A stretch of 64,000 bases of DNA from Cenococcum geophilum (taxonomy: Eukaryota), in assembly GCA_050273025.1 (NCBI GenBank), contig CP158635.1, positions 4,030,001-4,094,000 of the forward strand, written 5' to 3'. Below, one piece after another: positions 37,501 through 52,208 of this stretch. Numbering within the stretch: position 1 is the first letter of the stretch; every line of letters begins with the position of its first letter. Under the pieces are notes generated by a model that saw nothing but the letters and a program-made list of their open reading frames with translations, did no database searches and had not been told where the DNA came from. The position numbers were made by a program, and so were the translations under genes.

Positions 37501-40454
37501 AAACTGCCCGATATCCCTTTTGGGATTATACTTTCGGAAGATACAGAATGGCATTGCTTTTTGGATTGAAGACTCGGAGCGCAAGCTTCAGGCGAAAGAA
37601 AAACGTACGCTGGACATATATCATGAGGTATGCACGAACTCTCTCCATTTTTCAAGATGAGGTTAACACTCTTCAGATTTTAGCACTATGGCAAACTATC
37701 AACACAGCTATTGAGCGGCTTCCCCGAAAAGACAGCTCTCTGCTCGTTGCTCTGGAAGCCATGATTGCAGCCGGGTTTTCCAGCCGCCGTCGTGCGATAG
37801 TCAATATCTCCATCGAGACTTGGAACTGCACATTTGGAGTAGAGGACACTTTAGAATATCCGTCGAAGGTCAAACTTGCCCTGCAACAGCTACGCCCACT
37901 GGCTGACTTGCACCTACCGGCATTTCCTGAGGGTGACGGTGATCGGGTAAATATCTTCTAGATTGATGTCTTACCCCCGAAACTAACGTTCAATCAGGAC
38001 ATTGTAACCACATTCTACGATTCTGAAGACAACGACGAACCTACTCCGAAGCAAGCTACAATCTCTGGCGTGGCCGCCTCGCCTTTACCCACTCTCAGAG
38101 CTACTCCTCTGCATTCATCTCTTGCCAAGTCTACAGTACTAAGAAGGAGCAGTAGAACTCCCCTAAGGCAGATCTCAAAGACTCGATTACGACACGATAA
38201 TTCACAAATTCATTTTGAAGCTATTGAATCGTCCCCACTCAGCTCTGTTAACCAGGAATCTCAAGTGTTGACAGACAGACAAAAGGAGGTGTTCGAAAAA
38301 CAGCAAGCTACAGCCGCTGCCATGTTTCCAGATATTCGATCTAGCCCAGTCACACAGCCTGCAATGCGAACCTCAGACATGCCCCAACTGAACCTAACAT
38401 CTGACGCTAGCAATGCTGATGAGCCATTGGATGAGGGCTCAAGAACACCTTTAGCCGCTCTTCCATCTCTTGGGCCAATGGATTATTATCTTGGATCTTC
38501 ACCTACACCTCGGGCTAGAACGCGAAGCCAGCATATGTTGAGTAGTGGTAGAACCTCAGTAGCACCGAACGCTACGCGACCCATTCATTTAGAAGTCCAA
38601 TCGACCAATATTCCTTCGTCACCTCCGGATCTAGGAGAAGAAGCCCACGACAATGCCAATTCTACTGTTCTCGATGCTGACGTGCGTGTACACGATGAGG
38701 ATACTGCCCCGAATAGCTTTGAACATTCCCAGGTTGGTAAAGCCGACGAGCCACATCAAGATAGTGCCGATACTACTGATCACGAGGAAACCATTGACAA
38801 TCAGGAAGACGTGTGCAAAGATTCGTCAGAAGACATGAACCTTGCTGCAGTGCCTAATGGGGAACAAGATTTGCTCATAGATGATGAGCCTTGGTCAGAG
38901 CTTCCAAGTTCAACGGCTGACCTTGAATTGAGTGCTCAGATTGCTGCCGAAATTGATGCGCATCTTAGGAGGCCAGAAGTTGGAGGTGATGAAGAGGACC
39001 AGTCTCTACTACATGGGCAGACCGCATCTCAACAAAACGTCGGTGACGTCTTCTCAGACTGTCTTTCCGATAAACTTTCTTCTGGCACGGCAGATAGCAC
39101 GGAAGTGTTCGTTGATGCCCCCTCAGTCCTGCAGCATAATGCGAAGAAAACGGTACAAAGTCCGCCTGTTCAAGAACCAGAGTGCTCCGTTACTTCTGAC
39201 GCCCGCTACCCTGACGACTCTTCAGAGATCGCGGAGACGCAAGCTCAACAACAGACGCCCATCCTACTAAGCCAACTTGAGGCATTTACTCAGGATGACA
39301 CCGAGCAGTCTATTTCCGACGTGAGTCGTGTGGGGGATTCTTTCTCAGTATCAGAAAACGAACTGGCAGCGTTGGAGAACTGCGCGTCAGTCCCAGAAGC
39401 GGTTCGAAAATCCCCTCGGAAACCCGCATCTTCCAGCAATACCATGGCCAGAGCTACGCTGAAGCGTAAAGAACCGCCAGTCAAACTGATAAGCAACGCG
39501 AAACGAGCCAAGAGAGCGTCACAAACCACGCCGGAAGCAGCGTCCACGCCGTCCACGGCTGCAACTGAGGCAAAGAGCAACGTTCCTCTAGACTGCATCA
39601 TGGTAACAGTCAGCCCGCCCCCGGCATCCCGCTCGCCTTCTCCCCAGCCCGACATCGTCGACGAACCAACCCCTCCACCCGCTCCAGTCGCCGAATCCGA
39701 AATGCCAGCATCGCATAGCATGTTGGCGCCACCAACGCCCGCCGTCTCGTCCACCAAGCGGAAGCCCGGCCGCCCCCGCAAGGTGGTTTCTGAGAGCCAG
39801 TCCGCACAGAAACCGGCTGCGTCTCTGAAGCGTCGCACTCGCCTCTCAGCGCCCGAGCTCGACAGGCTTGATTCGGATACAGATGCCTTGGTTGTGGAAG
39901 ACACGCCCGCGCCGAAACGGATGCGCACGCGCGCGAGTCAAGATGTGAGTAGAGGACCGTCCAGCGCGCCGTCGGAGAGCGGGTCCGTGCTGTCGTTGGC
40001 GTCGTTGGCGGCGCAGGTGAGGAGGGTTAGCCATGTCGAGATCGGCGGCCGTGCTGTGGGCAGGTTGGGCGTGGATAGAGCAGGCGTTCCAGGCGAAGCT
40101 GGTGATGGCGAGGCTGCCGATAACGAGGAGGAGCGAGCGGACGCGACGGTTGCTCAGCCACGGCGTGATGCGACGACTCCGCTTGAAACTGCGGACGAGG
40201 GCGTGCAAGAGGTTAGGACGCCGAGCAGGCCCGCTTCTTCTCCTGCTGCTGCTGCTGCTGGGGCGACGCCGACGAGCTCATTGGGCAGGGTTATGTTGAC
40301 TCCAAGGAGCATTCTTGGACGGCTGAAGAAGATCTTGTCGGATTGCTCGCAGATGGTGCTGGGGAGTCAGGAGGAGCGGCAGTTCGATGACGTGCTGTTT
40401 GAGCTGCGAACGGAGGTGCATGCGGCGGGGAGGAGGGGGAGAGGGGTGGAGTGA
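34580..40454 (+). CDS. RIF1: Rap1-interacting factor 1 (telomere/replication-timing regulator); introns 37628-37676 and 37947-37997
   Basis: N-terminal ARPPTPP, PP1-docking motifs KRVDF and KSILK, ~1000-aa helical domain, RLRHDNSQIHF motif, disordered C-half with AT-hook KPGRPRK. Confidence 0.9.
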
Positions 40455-40871
40455 GGGTGAGGGTGAGGGGGTGGGATTGGCTGGATGGGCTTGGTTGCTT
40501 TGGTGATGCTTTTGGAATACCCTATATGATGGGCATTATTTTGACGAAAACTATCAAATACAGTTTCTTGGGTGGCTTTATTACTATCAGACCTGTTGAG
40601 TGTGGTAGGGGATAGTATTGGTAAATATGGGACTTGGCTGCGAGCTAGCTGTGGCAACCCGGAATTGAAATGATCATCTTCTGCACCGCGCATACCTCTC
40701 TGTAGCCCTGATCTCGAAGACCAGAGCATTGAATGTCCAAGGGTTGTGGTTATGGGTTAGGATCGCGAGGCTGTTGCGCATCTCATTGTCAGGGAGTTGG
40801 AGTGTTTGAGACGTCGATCCGTACATTGCTGGGCTGCAGTCCTGAAACCCGAGCTAGTTTCAGCCGAATGA

Positions 40872-42456
<1,585 letters not shown>

Positions 42457-43037
42457 GTCGGGGGTGGCGGGGAGAGAGGGATAGGAGTGGCGGAGAGAGA
42501 GAGATGTGGGGTGGATGGGAGGATGGAGTGCATGGCGTAAGGGGGATCGAGATAGGGCTGGTAAGCGAGGGTCTACCAAAAAGTGCCCTGGAAGGCTTTG
42601 AGAGGGGTGCGGATAGATTTTTTATGCTTTTACGATCGGTTGAACGAGGATGATGGCGCAGAGTAGTATATCACGGGTTACACGTGACGCGGACGAGACG
42701 GGCAGATGCATCCCCTCAATTTTTGCTTCCAGTCTTCTCTGCTCCCGCCTCTGATTTGAATGCTTTTGCCCAAGCCATACCTAGTGCTTGCTATAGGGAT
42801 CCGAACATATTGGCTCATTCATTACGATTCGTTAATCATGCAACCTACCCCTGGCTGATCTATCATGCAAGCGCCATAAGGTTCGTAAAGAAGAAAATGC
42901 ATAAATCCATCAATCAGCATGAAGAAACAGCTGTGGTCAGGGCAGACGACAAGCCCTGCTTGCCATCCAAATCCACGCAGTAGCGACAGGACACTGCCGC
43001 AGAAGCAGGAGGTCGACGAAAGCCACGAGCAAATCGA

Positions 43038-44872
43038 TCACTGAAGAAGCGGGTCCTGCAAGTTAAACCAGTCAACAATCATTCCCAGCGATACAAACAG
43101 AGACGCCCAACTCACCCGGAAGTGTTTCTGGAAATTCCCCCTCTTCTCGTTCCCGGCCTGGTACCTATTCCTCTCGCGCTGCTCCCGCCGCCGCTCGCGC
43201 TTCTCGACCACGCGGATCTCCGCCTTCTTCGCCTCGCTCACGCCCACCATGCCCAAGCCGCCATTCGCACGCGTGACGAGCTGGCGGCCCCTCCCGCCCA
43301 TATCCCCACCGGCGTGGGCATCCCTATCCAGCGACGACTCGCTGCCGGACGCGATGGCGCGCCGCTGCTGCTGCCGTAGCTCCATGCGCTCGGCGACGCC
43401 CGGGTAGTTGCGCAGGTTCTGGCGGTAGTAGCGGTTGAGGGAGCGGTGGCCGGCGGTGCGGCCGGAGGGGAGGTGCAGCTCGAACTCGTCGTGGTAGACG
43501 GCGACGGGGGTGGCGTGCGCGTGCGAGTGCCAGCCGTCGGCGCTGCGGTGCGGGCGCGGGTCGCCGTGCGAGTGGTGCCGCGAGCGCGCCAGCAGCGCGT
43601 ACCGGTGCGAGCGGTCGCCCAGCGGGATCGCGGTGATCTCGTCCGTCGGGACGTCCGAGAGCGTGCTGTCGGTTTCCCAGCCATCGTCGTCGGCGGCGGG
43701 GGCGGACGCGTCGCCGGAGATGGTGGTGGTGGTGGTTTGGCGGGCGGCGCCGAGCTTGATTCCGCCGGTTTCGTTGGTCGTCGAGTCGGTGCTGTTGGAG
43801 TCGTCTTCCCCCCCCCCGGCGTCGGAGTAGGTGCTGGTGAAGTCGTAGAATTGGCCGATTTCGATCAGCTCCTCTTCGCTTTCGAAGGCAATCATGCAGT
43901 GTCCGCGGTCGCGCATGTGGGTTTGGATGCCGGAGGTGGTGTGGACCACTTTGCCGCAATAGAGGCACTCGTGCAAGTCGTTGATTTTGTTCCACAAGTA
44001 GGTGATGAGACCTTCAGCGTCGACGAGATAATCCTTCTCTGGGACGAACATGCCGTGGAAGCGGCCCATGTGCTGAACATTTAGCGGGAAGGTTGGAGAA
44101 GCAAAGTTGCAGAAGAGGCAGTTTAACATGGGGTTAGCGCTATACTTGGAGGTAGAGGCCGTCGAGGCAGTGTCGTCGTCTTCCATGGTGGTCGTCGCTG
44201 TAGTGGTAGTTGATAACGGGTGTTCTGGTCGGTCCTCCGCTGACGAGTGATGTGGTCTCGTGGGACGACGCGAAACGGGCTCCTTCTCGTCCAATGAGGT
44301 ATTTTTGATGTCGTTCACGACCTGCGAAAATTCGGCCTCTGCGTCGTCCACATCGACCACGTCTTTCGACTCCGACTCCACGACCGGCTCACCCATGGAG
44401 AATGCGGAGCTCAGCATGGAGGCTGTTTCATCATCGCGGATTGTTGACGATGCGGCCTTCTGTGCCCTCGTGACATTCGCCTTGTGCTTCTGGCTGTTAA
44501 GATGGTTGTTATAAGCGTTTTCGCTGTAGTACGTTTTCTGACACACGGTGCACGGTTTCTCGAACGATGCTCGTGCGGCAGTTGCGGCGGCCGATGCCTT
44601 GGTGGCCAACACCTTCTCTGCAAAGATCTCCGAAGACAGAGGAGGGAGAGAGGCTACTCGACGCTTGAGATTATATCGACTGAAAGGAAAGAGCGAGTGG
44701 TTAGTTTGATTTCACGGCATGAGACAATATCCCAGGTTACTTACTGCCAGTCTGATTGCATATGAGTCCTCTGCAGTTCACTTGACCTGAAGGCTACCTG
44801 GCAGGTATTGCAGGTAAAAGGGTGGGTGGACTGCGCGCTCTGCTGTTGCTGCTGCGCCGTTGTGTCGGCCAT
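43038..44872 (-). CDS. REI1: Cytoplasmic pre-60S maturation factor REI1 (C2H2 zinc fingers); introns ~44680-44744 and ~43057-43115
   Basis: FTCNTC..HMQSDWHRYNLKRRVASLPP, CTVCQKTY..HLNSQKH, CLFC, CLYC..HMRDRGHC, ELHLPSGRTAGHRSL and the C-terminus QKHFRDPLLQ. Confidence 0.93.
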
Positions 44873-45545
44873 GGGGACGTAGAAGACAATGATGGAGGAG
44901 ATGGAGGAGCGAAGAGAGTTTTCGAGTAGAATGGCTTTGTTGAAAGTGGTGTGAGAAAAGGATAGGGAGCCTTAGGGGAGGAATATGGTGGTGGAAGAAG
45001 GCGTATGCACTCCAAAGGGTACATGTATGTGCTTGTCAAGGCTGGGAAGAGGGATCCGGAAGAGGGTCCGGAAGAGGGATTGGGAAGCTGGAGAGGGAAA
45101 ATTCAGGCAGTGGATGCAGAGTATTACAGATGACCAGCGCGCGGCGTAGGTTCAATGTCCGCTGGGTTCAATATGCGCTGTTGGCGACGAGTGTGAAATT
45201 TGTCGTGGGGTCGGTGACGTTAGCCTACCACTTCTAAAGGCTCGGCGGCCACCGAGTGTCTCCGAGTCCAGACATGTAGCTAATTCTACACCCCATCTAG
45301 ATACACCTTCTAATGCTCCTGCTACACTGCTTCACCTCGCCCCCCCGAGGAAGGCAAAGGGTGAAGACAGTATCTTCTAACCCCAATCCTTCGCCTGCCC
45401 TTACCATGTGTTTCCTTCACGCTAATTCGCCTGATGTTTGTCAGCCATTAATTCCCACCAGCCTGCTCTAGAAGGCTCGCCCTCCACCTCAGCTCTTCCA
45501 CGCCCACTTCGCCTTACCTGCGCAGACATACACGGCATCTATGAT

Positions 45546-48500
45546 ATGACGGGTCCGCTACGGATGACCCAGAGTCCTCCAATCGAGGATCATAATGTCG
45601 TGACACCCGATCCGAGTAAAGGGGGACTGGAAAAAGACCGCTTTCGGAGAGCTCCCGATCGTCTCATGCGAAACACCATATCGGTGGATGGCCCCGATAG
45701 GCTTATGGATTCTGCTCACACACAGAGACAATTGCGTTTCCAGTATCTTGTCCGACGGTGTGTAAAATAACACATTTGGTACTGTGCACATGCTGAACCG
45801 ATTCGCAGATATATTTCACAGATTCAGTTTGGCTGCAAAGAGCAATACTGCACCACTCCTACCTGCCTCAGCTGTAAAAGGCGCCTCACATCAAAGCCCT
45901 TCCGTGCACCCACCCCGATTACCGCCCGAACCCTTGCCTATTTCCTAGCCAGCCAAAACAATCCTTACGCCGGTCTCTGTCCCCACGACCTTAAAATATC
46001 CCCGTCAGCCTTGGAGATAGGAGATGGAGAGGTCCCGAGGAAGCATGTGGATGAGCCGAAGCCAGAGCCGGCCCGTGGTTATACCCGAAGCCAGATGACT
46101 CCTACAACTGGGCCCAAAAAGCCACTTGAACAAGCTTTGACAAGCCTTGTAACCAGCAGTAGAAACCCTGATGGCCCCCAACGCAGGAACATGGATGTAG
46201 AAAACCAAGGGTCTTCGGCTTATGTCGAAGGACTTAGTGAAAACACTAGTACATTCTGGAACACTCTCAGGAACCAACATCAAGCCAAAAAGGACAACAA
46301 GTCCCTAGGACAAAATGTCTTCGATACTGTTTCCGTGATTTATTCATACTCAAAGCACCTACCCAGTCCATTAGATGTTTTCAACGCGCTCTCACGGTCT
46401 CACGACGAACCCTTGGATAGATTCAAGGAGGAAGAATCGCAGACCAGCGGCATTAAAGAACCCCGCCAGGGACCCAAATTCTCAGCATCAAACTCAGACG
46501 CAGCAAATCGATCATATTCCTCCCCCCCTCCGTTGGAGTCAGAGCCTGTTGGGAATGGTCACGCTGTTCACCCGGGTGGCAATGGACGTCATTCTTGCAA
46601 GCCGGCTCAAACCGAGCGATGCCATTCACTGTCATTAGGCCATTATACAACAAGCCCCAGAAAGCATCAAAAGCCGTCCATTGCTGATGTACACTCTGAG
46701 AATCTAGCGGACGGTCAAAAAGTACAGCTATGTAAGATTAAGCAACGATTGCCTCAGCATCTCAGCAACGGACAGAGCGAATTGAAGACATGTGATTCCA
46801 AAGGAGTTGAAGGGACTGAGGAAACTAAATCTACTCCGCCACCAGAGGTGACCAACAAACGCCGTCCACCAAGTTTACCGCTAAAGGGAAGTAAAGCTGA
46901 ATCCAAATCAGATCAAACCTATGCGGTCTCAGGGGCAAACGATGTTTCGAGGCCAAGCTCAAAAAGTCCCAGTGAAATGATATTGCCAGTTACCTCGCAT
47001 CTTTCTTGCGACATCATGGACGATCTGGCAAATTATGCCTATCACCAACACAGCAGATATGGCGATATACCCGGTCTGTCTTTTGTCGTTGACTATGACA
47101 AGCGAACAAGGCTTCGTCGAACTATGCCTTTTGTCAATAGATCCTTGTATTACACACTGAGCGATCCGGACACGCTCTTAAGATCATTCCGCGAGGAGCC
47201 TTGGAAAGAGGGGGGGCATTCCCCGTTACCGCACATGAATCCCGGCCGGCTGAGCCACGCCTTTCAAGCCTGGAACAAGCGGAATGGGTCACTCGTCTTT
47301 GATAGCCTCTGGACAGCCACGAAAGCATTATTCACCCCGCCACCGGAGCTCGTTGCTCAGAAGAGCCCAAGGCTCCGGGCGTCACTGAAATCAACCGACT
47401 CGAATATGTTCGCGAATCCGCCGTTGTCTCCGTCTGACGACAGTAACCAAAGCATGTACTTGAGCGATCTCGACGCTGTTCATATAATTATGATATGTAT
47501 TCATGCACTGACATCCTCGGTTCCCAATGGCTGGCCACATGCTTGGTCACAGATTAGAAAGCTCAGATCTTGGGGTGTGATACTCCCCCAGTGCCCCACC
47601 GAGACACAACACAATGCATATCTGGATCCTTGGATCGGTATCACTGATGAATTGGAGTATGAGCCGGCGTTACGATTATCTGATCGGTTGGTGCGTGGAA
47701 TTGCCGCTCGAAGATGCTTCTCAGAGATCCTGAAAACATTATCTGATCGAGCAACCGAGCAACAGCAGGATTATCAGGAATCGCGCTTTCACTTGACAGA
47801 TCTACTCATCAAACACCTTACTATCGTTGAAGGTCAGGCACTCGCGAGTCGAAGAGATCTAAAGACAGATGAAGATCCGGGTTGGACTGTGACCTCTATC
47901 TTCTTAGAATGGCTGAGGACAATAATAATAATGGGGTGGGATGGTAAAGCCGAAGTTCATCGGTGGAGCGCGGTCGGGGGTGCCATTGAGATAATGGCCG
48001 ACCTCTGTAAGTTCTTATATAATACCCTTTTGGAGACTTCGATATTGATAAAGATAGATGAACGCCACGAGAGCTTGAGCTTGTACCCACATATGTTTTA
48101 CATTCCATACTTGAATGAGCGCATAGACCAAGTCGAGACACCAACGCAGTTCCTTAATCGGTCAACCAACCCCAACACCCTCCATTTGCTCTCTTACCCA
48201 TTCCTATTTTTCCCGCGCCATTTGGTATCATACTTCCGGACAGTCAACTATGCGAACATGTACAAACAGTACGAGGTTGCGGAGCGTACTAGCCATTTTC
48301 GAAGGCAGCTAAACCCATTTCTGGACGATAAGTACTGGTGGGTCATCAACCAACGTATGAAGATTCCTCTAGCACAGTATCTCGTATTGGATGTCAGCAG
48401 GACGAATCCTTTGCAGGACGCCTTTGACCAACTTTGGGGGTTGGAGAAGAGACAGTTCTTGAAACCGCTGAAGGTTAAGATGGGTGCCAACGAGGGTGAA

Positions 48501-49776
48501 GTTGGAGTCGACCAAGGAGGTGTTTCTCTTGAGTTCTTCCGGGTCATTCTGAGCGAGGTTTTCAATCCGGATAACGGTAAGCTTTACCACTTTACAGGGA
48601 TCATTTCTGCACGTGCTGATTGTTGCAGGCATGTTCAACATCGATCCGGAAACCCGAATGACTTGGTTTCAACCAGCATCTCTTGAGCCCATTTATCGAT
48701 TCGAACTCATCGGTCTACTCTTCTCCCTAGCAATCTACAATGGCGTTACGCTGCCAATTACATTCCCTAAGGCTTTCTACCGCCGTCTACTCAACAAACC
48801 AGTAACCTCGATCGACCATATTCGTGATGGCTGGCCCAGCTTAGCCAAAGCATTCGAGCAGCTCCGATCCTGGTCTGACGGCGACGTTGGCGATGTCTTC
48901 ACCCGCACCTACTCATTTAGTTTCGAGGCACTTGGCCAGGTCGTTCACGTCGACATGGAAGCCTTCGATCGTGAAGAGCTGTGGCCCGCTGATCTGGTCG
49001 ACAAGGACAAGGTCTGGAAAAACCTACCCTCTCTATACGCAGACCCTTCTGTCTGGCCCGAGAACGTGCCGCTGCCCGAACTCGGCAGCGTAGCCTGGGA
49101 GCGCCCCGAGCGGCGCAACGTGCACCCGCTACACTGGAACAATAACAACAGCGATGCCATACTCAACTGGATGCAATCTCACCAAACCCCGGAAGATCAG
49201 GAGACAGCATGGGAAAACAACGGGAGTCGCGTTTCCTTCACAAAGTCCAAAGAAGCGAGTCTCGTCACGAACGAAAACCGGGACCGGTACATCGACGACT
49301 ACATCTTCTGGCTGACAGACAAGAGCATCCGCCCGCAATTCGAAACCTTCACAAAGGGCTTCTTCACCTGCATCGACCGCGCGGCCCTGCAGATCTTCTC
49401 GCCAGAAGCCCTGCAAATGCTGATCGAAGGCCACCAAGAAATCGAGATAGCGGGCCTACAGCGCGCGACACGGTACGAAGAAGGTTACTCGGCAACGCAC
49501 CCGCTGATCGTGGACTTCTGGGCGCTGGTCGCGACGTTCGACGCCGAAGCGAAGCGGCGGCTGCTCGAGTTCGTAACGGCGTCGGATCGCGTCCCCGTCA
49601 ACGGCTTCGGTAGCATCCAGTTCAGCATCGTCCGCGTCACGGGCGATACGGAGATGCTGCCGACTAGCTCCACTTGCTTCGGCAAGCTGCTGCTGCCGGA
49701 GTACGCGGATAGGGAGAAGCTGGAGCTGAAGCTGCGGCTTGCGCTGCAGAATTCCAAGGGGTTTGGGGCGGCGTGA
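45546..49776 (+). CDS. HECT E3 ubiquitin ligase with N-terminal AZUL zinc finger (E6AP/HUL4-like); start codon uncertain; introns ~45758-45808, ~48008-48057, 48577-48628
   Basis: QIQFGCKEQYCTTPTCLSC (AZUL-like), LKPLKVKMG..GEVGVDQGGVSLEFF, LLEFVTASDRVP and catalytic LPTSSTCF. Confidence 0.9.
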
Positions 49777-50968
49777 CCGGGGGGGCCCTAGATCTGCCTC
49801 GTCCTTGAAAAGGAGTGTGTATGTGGGATGGGAGCTGATTGCGAATTGCGGATTTGCGTGCCGCTAGCGCAGTCAGGACCCGAGGAGAAAAAATGGTATT
49901 AGTGGCGTATAGTGGTTCTTTCTGGGTTCGGTGATTTTTTGCATAGCCGGCCGCTAAAGGGGCTTTCGAGGGGGCAGGGGGATTATTTTTTTATTCTTAA
50001 ATATTTTTCTTTTTCAGCTCTGGCATGGGCAAGTTGGGAAAACTCGGTGCAGACGCAGGAAACTGGCGTTTTGCGAAGAAAGCGAAACGCAGATGGCGCT
50101 TTTTGGCTTTTGGCTTTTTTGTTTTTTTGGTTTGAGGGGGGGAATTGCATGTGTATAGTACAAGTACCGTGGCTCTCGGCTCTGCAGACAATGACTCTCT
50201 GTTCATATGCATCTAATGCCTCGTACCGCACTGCATAGTACTATTCCCTCACTCTCCCAGGCACAGCGAGCGAGCGAGCGATACGCACAGGCCACCCGAC
50301 CCAGCTGCCAGGCATGGAAAGAACCCCGACCGCATGCACCTCCCCAATCCCGCACCGTGCTCTCTCCTGCACGAACAATCAAATACCTCGCCCCTCCTCG
50401 CACAAACCCAGCCCTCAGCGCCTGCAGTGCGAGGGCCAAGTCGGCTGACGTTGCGCAGTTTGGGATTCTGCTGCGATAAGCCTGCTACCCCACATTGGCC
50501 AGCGGGCCAAGCAGCGCGATCGGCAGCCCCACGAAGCTTGTTCCCGCTGGTCGCACTTGGCAGGGCTGAGATAATGCTGGCGCGCGCTATTGGCCGGCTG
50601 TCGGATTGCTGGCACGAAACCGGAAGAATAGAGGCAGAGACGGAGGCGGTGGGGAGGGGGGGAACTTGATAGTGCAGGTTGTGGGATGGGATTGGGCGGG
50701 GTGTGAGTGATTGAGGGGGCGTTGTGGGTAGGGGATGACGAATTGGCTGCGCTGGAGCGAGGAGGGAATGAGGGAGGGATCAGCTGGCTGGATGGCTGGA
50801 TGGCTGGATGGCTGGAGGAGCGGTATATATGCTGGGCTTTGCTCTCCGCGTTGGGTTGGGGCGCTGAGTGCTGTGTGCGCTATTTCTGCCAACTGACATT
50901 TGGTGATTACTATCCCCACGCTCTGAGTTTGAACCGTGCTTTGAAGCGACGAGAAGAGAATACACAAT

Positions 50969-51462
50969 ATGGCTGAGGAGACGCTCGAGAGGCATATCTC
51001 GTATGGACGCGGTGGGGCGGGGAATCTGCGTAAGGCCCACCGTCCTGTTTTCCCCGTCTCTGTCGGTTTCGACGAGTAGTGGCTGGGCTTTTTTTTCAGT
51101 GGTATGGTGACGAGCTGTGATAAGCGTTGCTAACGTGGAGGAAACTCATCTAGGCCGTGCGTCCGTCGTGGAAGAAGCCAAAGCAGCATTGGCGAACACG
51201 CCGCCCGAGAGTAAGCTTCGTTCACCCCGTCCATGCTAAGTGTCTCCGACAGGCCAATTACCCCTTTGTCCTGCTCGGTCTTGGTGTTGGCAAATATCGA
51301 TTCTGATCTTTTATGTTAGCTAATACCCAACGCCGCCGGAGTAGCGTCTGGTCCCTTTCGAATGATGGCTCGAGAAGAGGGTCGATTTGGAAGAGCGCGA
51401 CGACTCTTTTTAGGAGAGGCAGCACGAGCGAGGAGGTCATTGAGAAGGAGACGGGAGACTAG
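50969..51462 (+). CDS. Small 86-aa three-exon protein with GRGGAGN motif (DUF3602-like); introns 51030-51153 and 51211-51319
   Basis: Spliced product MAEETLERHISYGRGGAGNLRRASVVEEAKAALANTPPETNTQRRRSSVWSLSNDGSRRGSIWKSATTLFRRGSTSEEVIEKETGD. GTAAG donors and CTAAC/CTGAT branch sites. Confidence 0.8.
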
Positions 51463-51790
51463 ACATCATGCAAGTGATGATGACGGCCGACGGTGGTTGT
51501 ATGATATCACCACAAATTGAGAAAAGGGGGTGCTCAGATGTGTTATGAGATCAACCTTGTGAGATGAACACCAAAGGATGAAGCGTTAAACAGAAGATTG
51601 AAGCATGTACTAAGACTATCAAACTACCAATTGACTAAGGATCCTAACCTTCTATTTGTTTTTTTGCATACCGTGCTTTTTTTTATAGATTGCCTGGCCT
51701 TACATTCCGTTCATCCAACATAATCTATTCGTACATTCGTAAGACCCTCAACATACGCCATCATGAATTCAACTTTTCTTCCGTTCTTTC

Positions 51791-51909
51791 ACATACGATC
51801 AGAGATCTAGGAGTACAGGCGATCCCGTCCGCTCTCGCATACTTAAGCCTTGAATCGGTTGACCAGTAGTCAGTTGGGTGACCACTGGCGAATCCCAACT
51901 GTCGTATGT
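51791..51909 (+). rRNA. Dispersed 5S rRNA gene
   Basis: ACATACGA...GATCCCGTCCGCTC...TTAAGCC...AGTAGT...GGGTGACCAC..GCGAATCC...TCGTATGT, 119 nt with pairing ends, followed by an oligo-T Pol III terminator. Confidence 0.95.
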
Positions 51910-52208
51910 TTTTTTCTATTATGAATTTTTTTGGTCTCAAGGAAATTTTTCCAGTCCATGTTTTGGCAGAAGTTTACTGGCGGAGCCTTCAGAGACTATC
52001 ATATTATCCGTTAAGCCGCTGAGACGCCTACTCAAACTTCAGTGCCCTGGTTGGCCCTCGTTAGATATAAAAGAAAACCGTACATGGTTCATTTTATATC
52101 TGAGCCTAAATTACTTCAAATGCTCTTACAAAGTGCATATGGTGTGGCGGGAACGGAATGAATGGCCCCTCGTGTGGAGGCTTTTATCAACAGCACATGG
52201 GATGGTAA

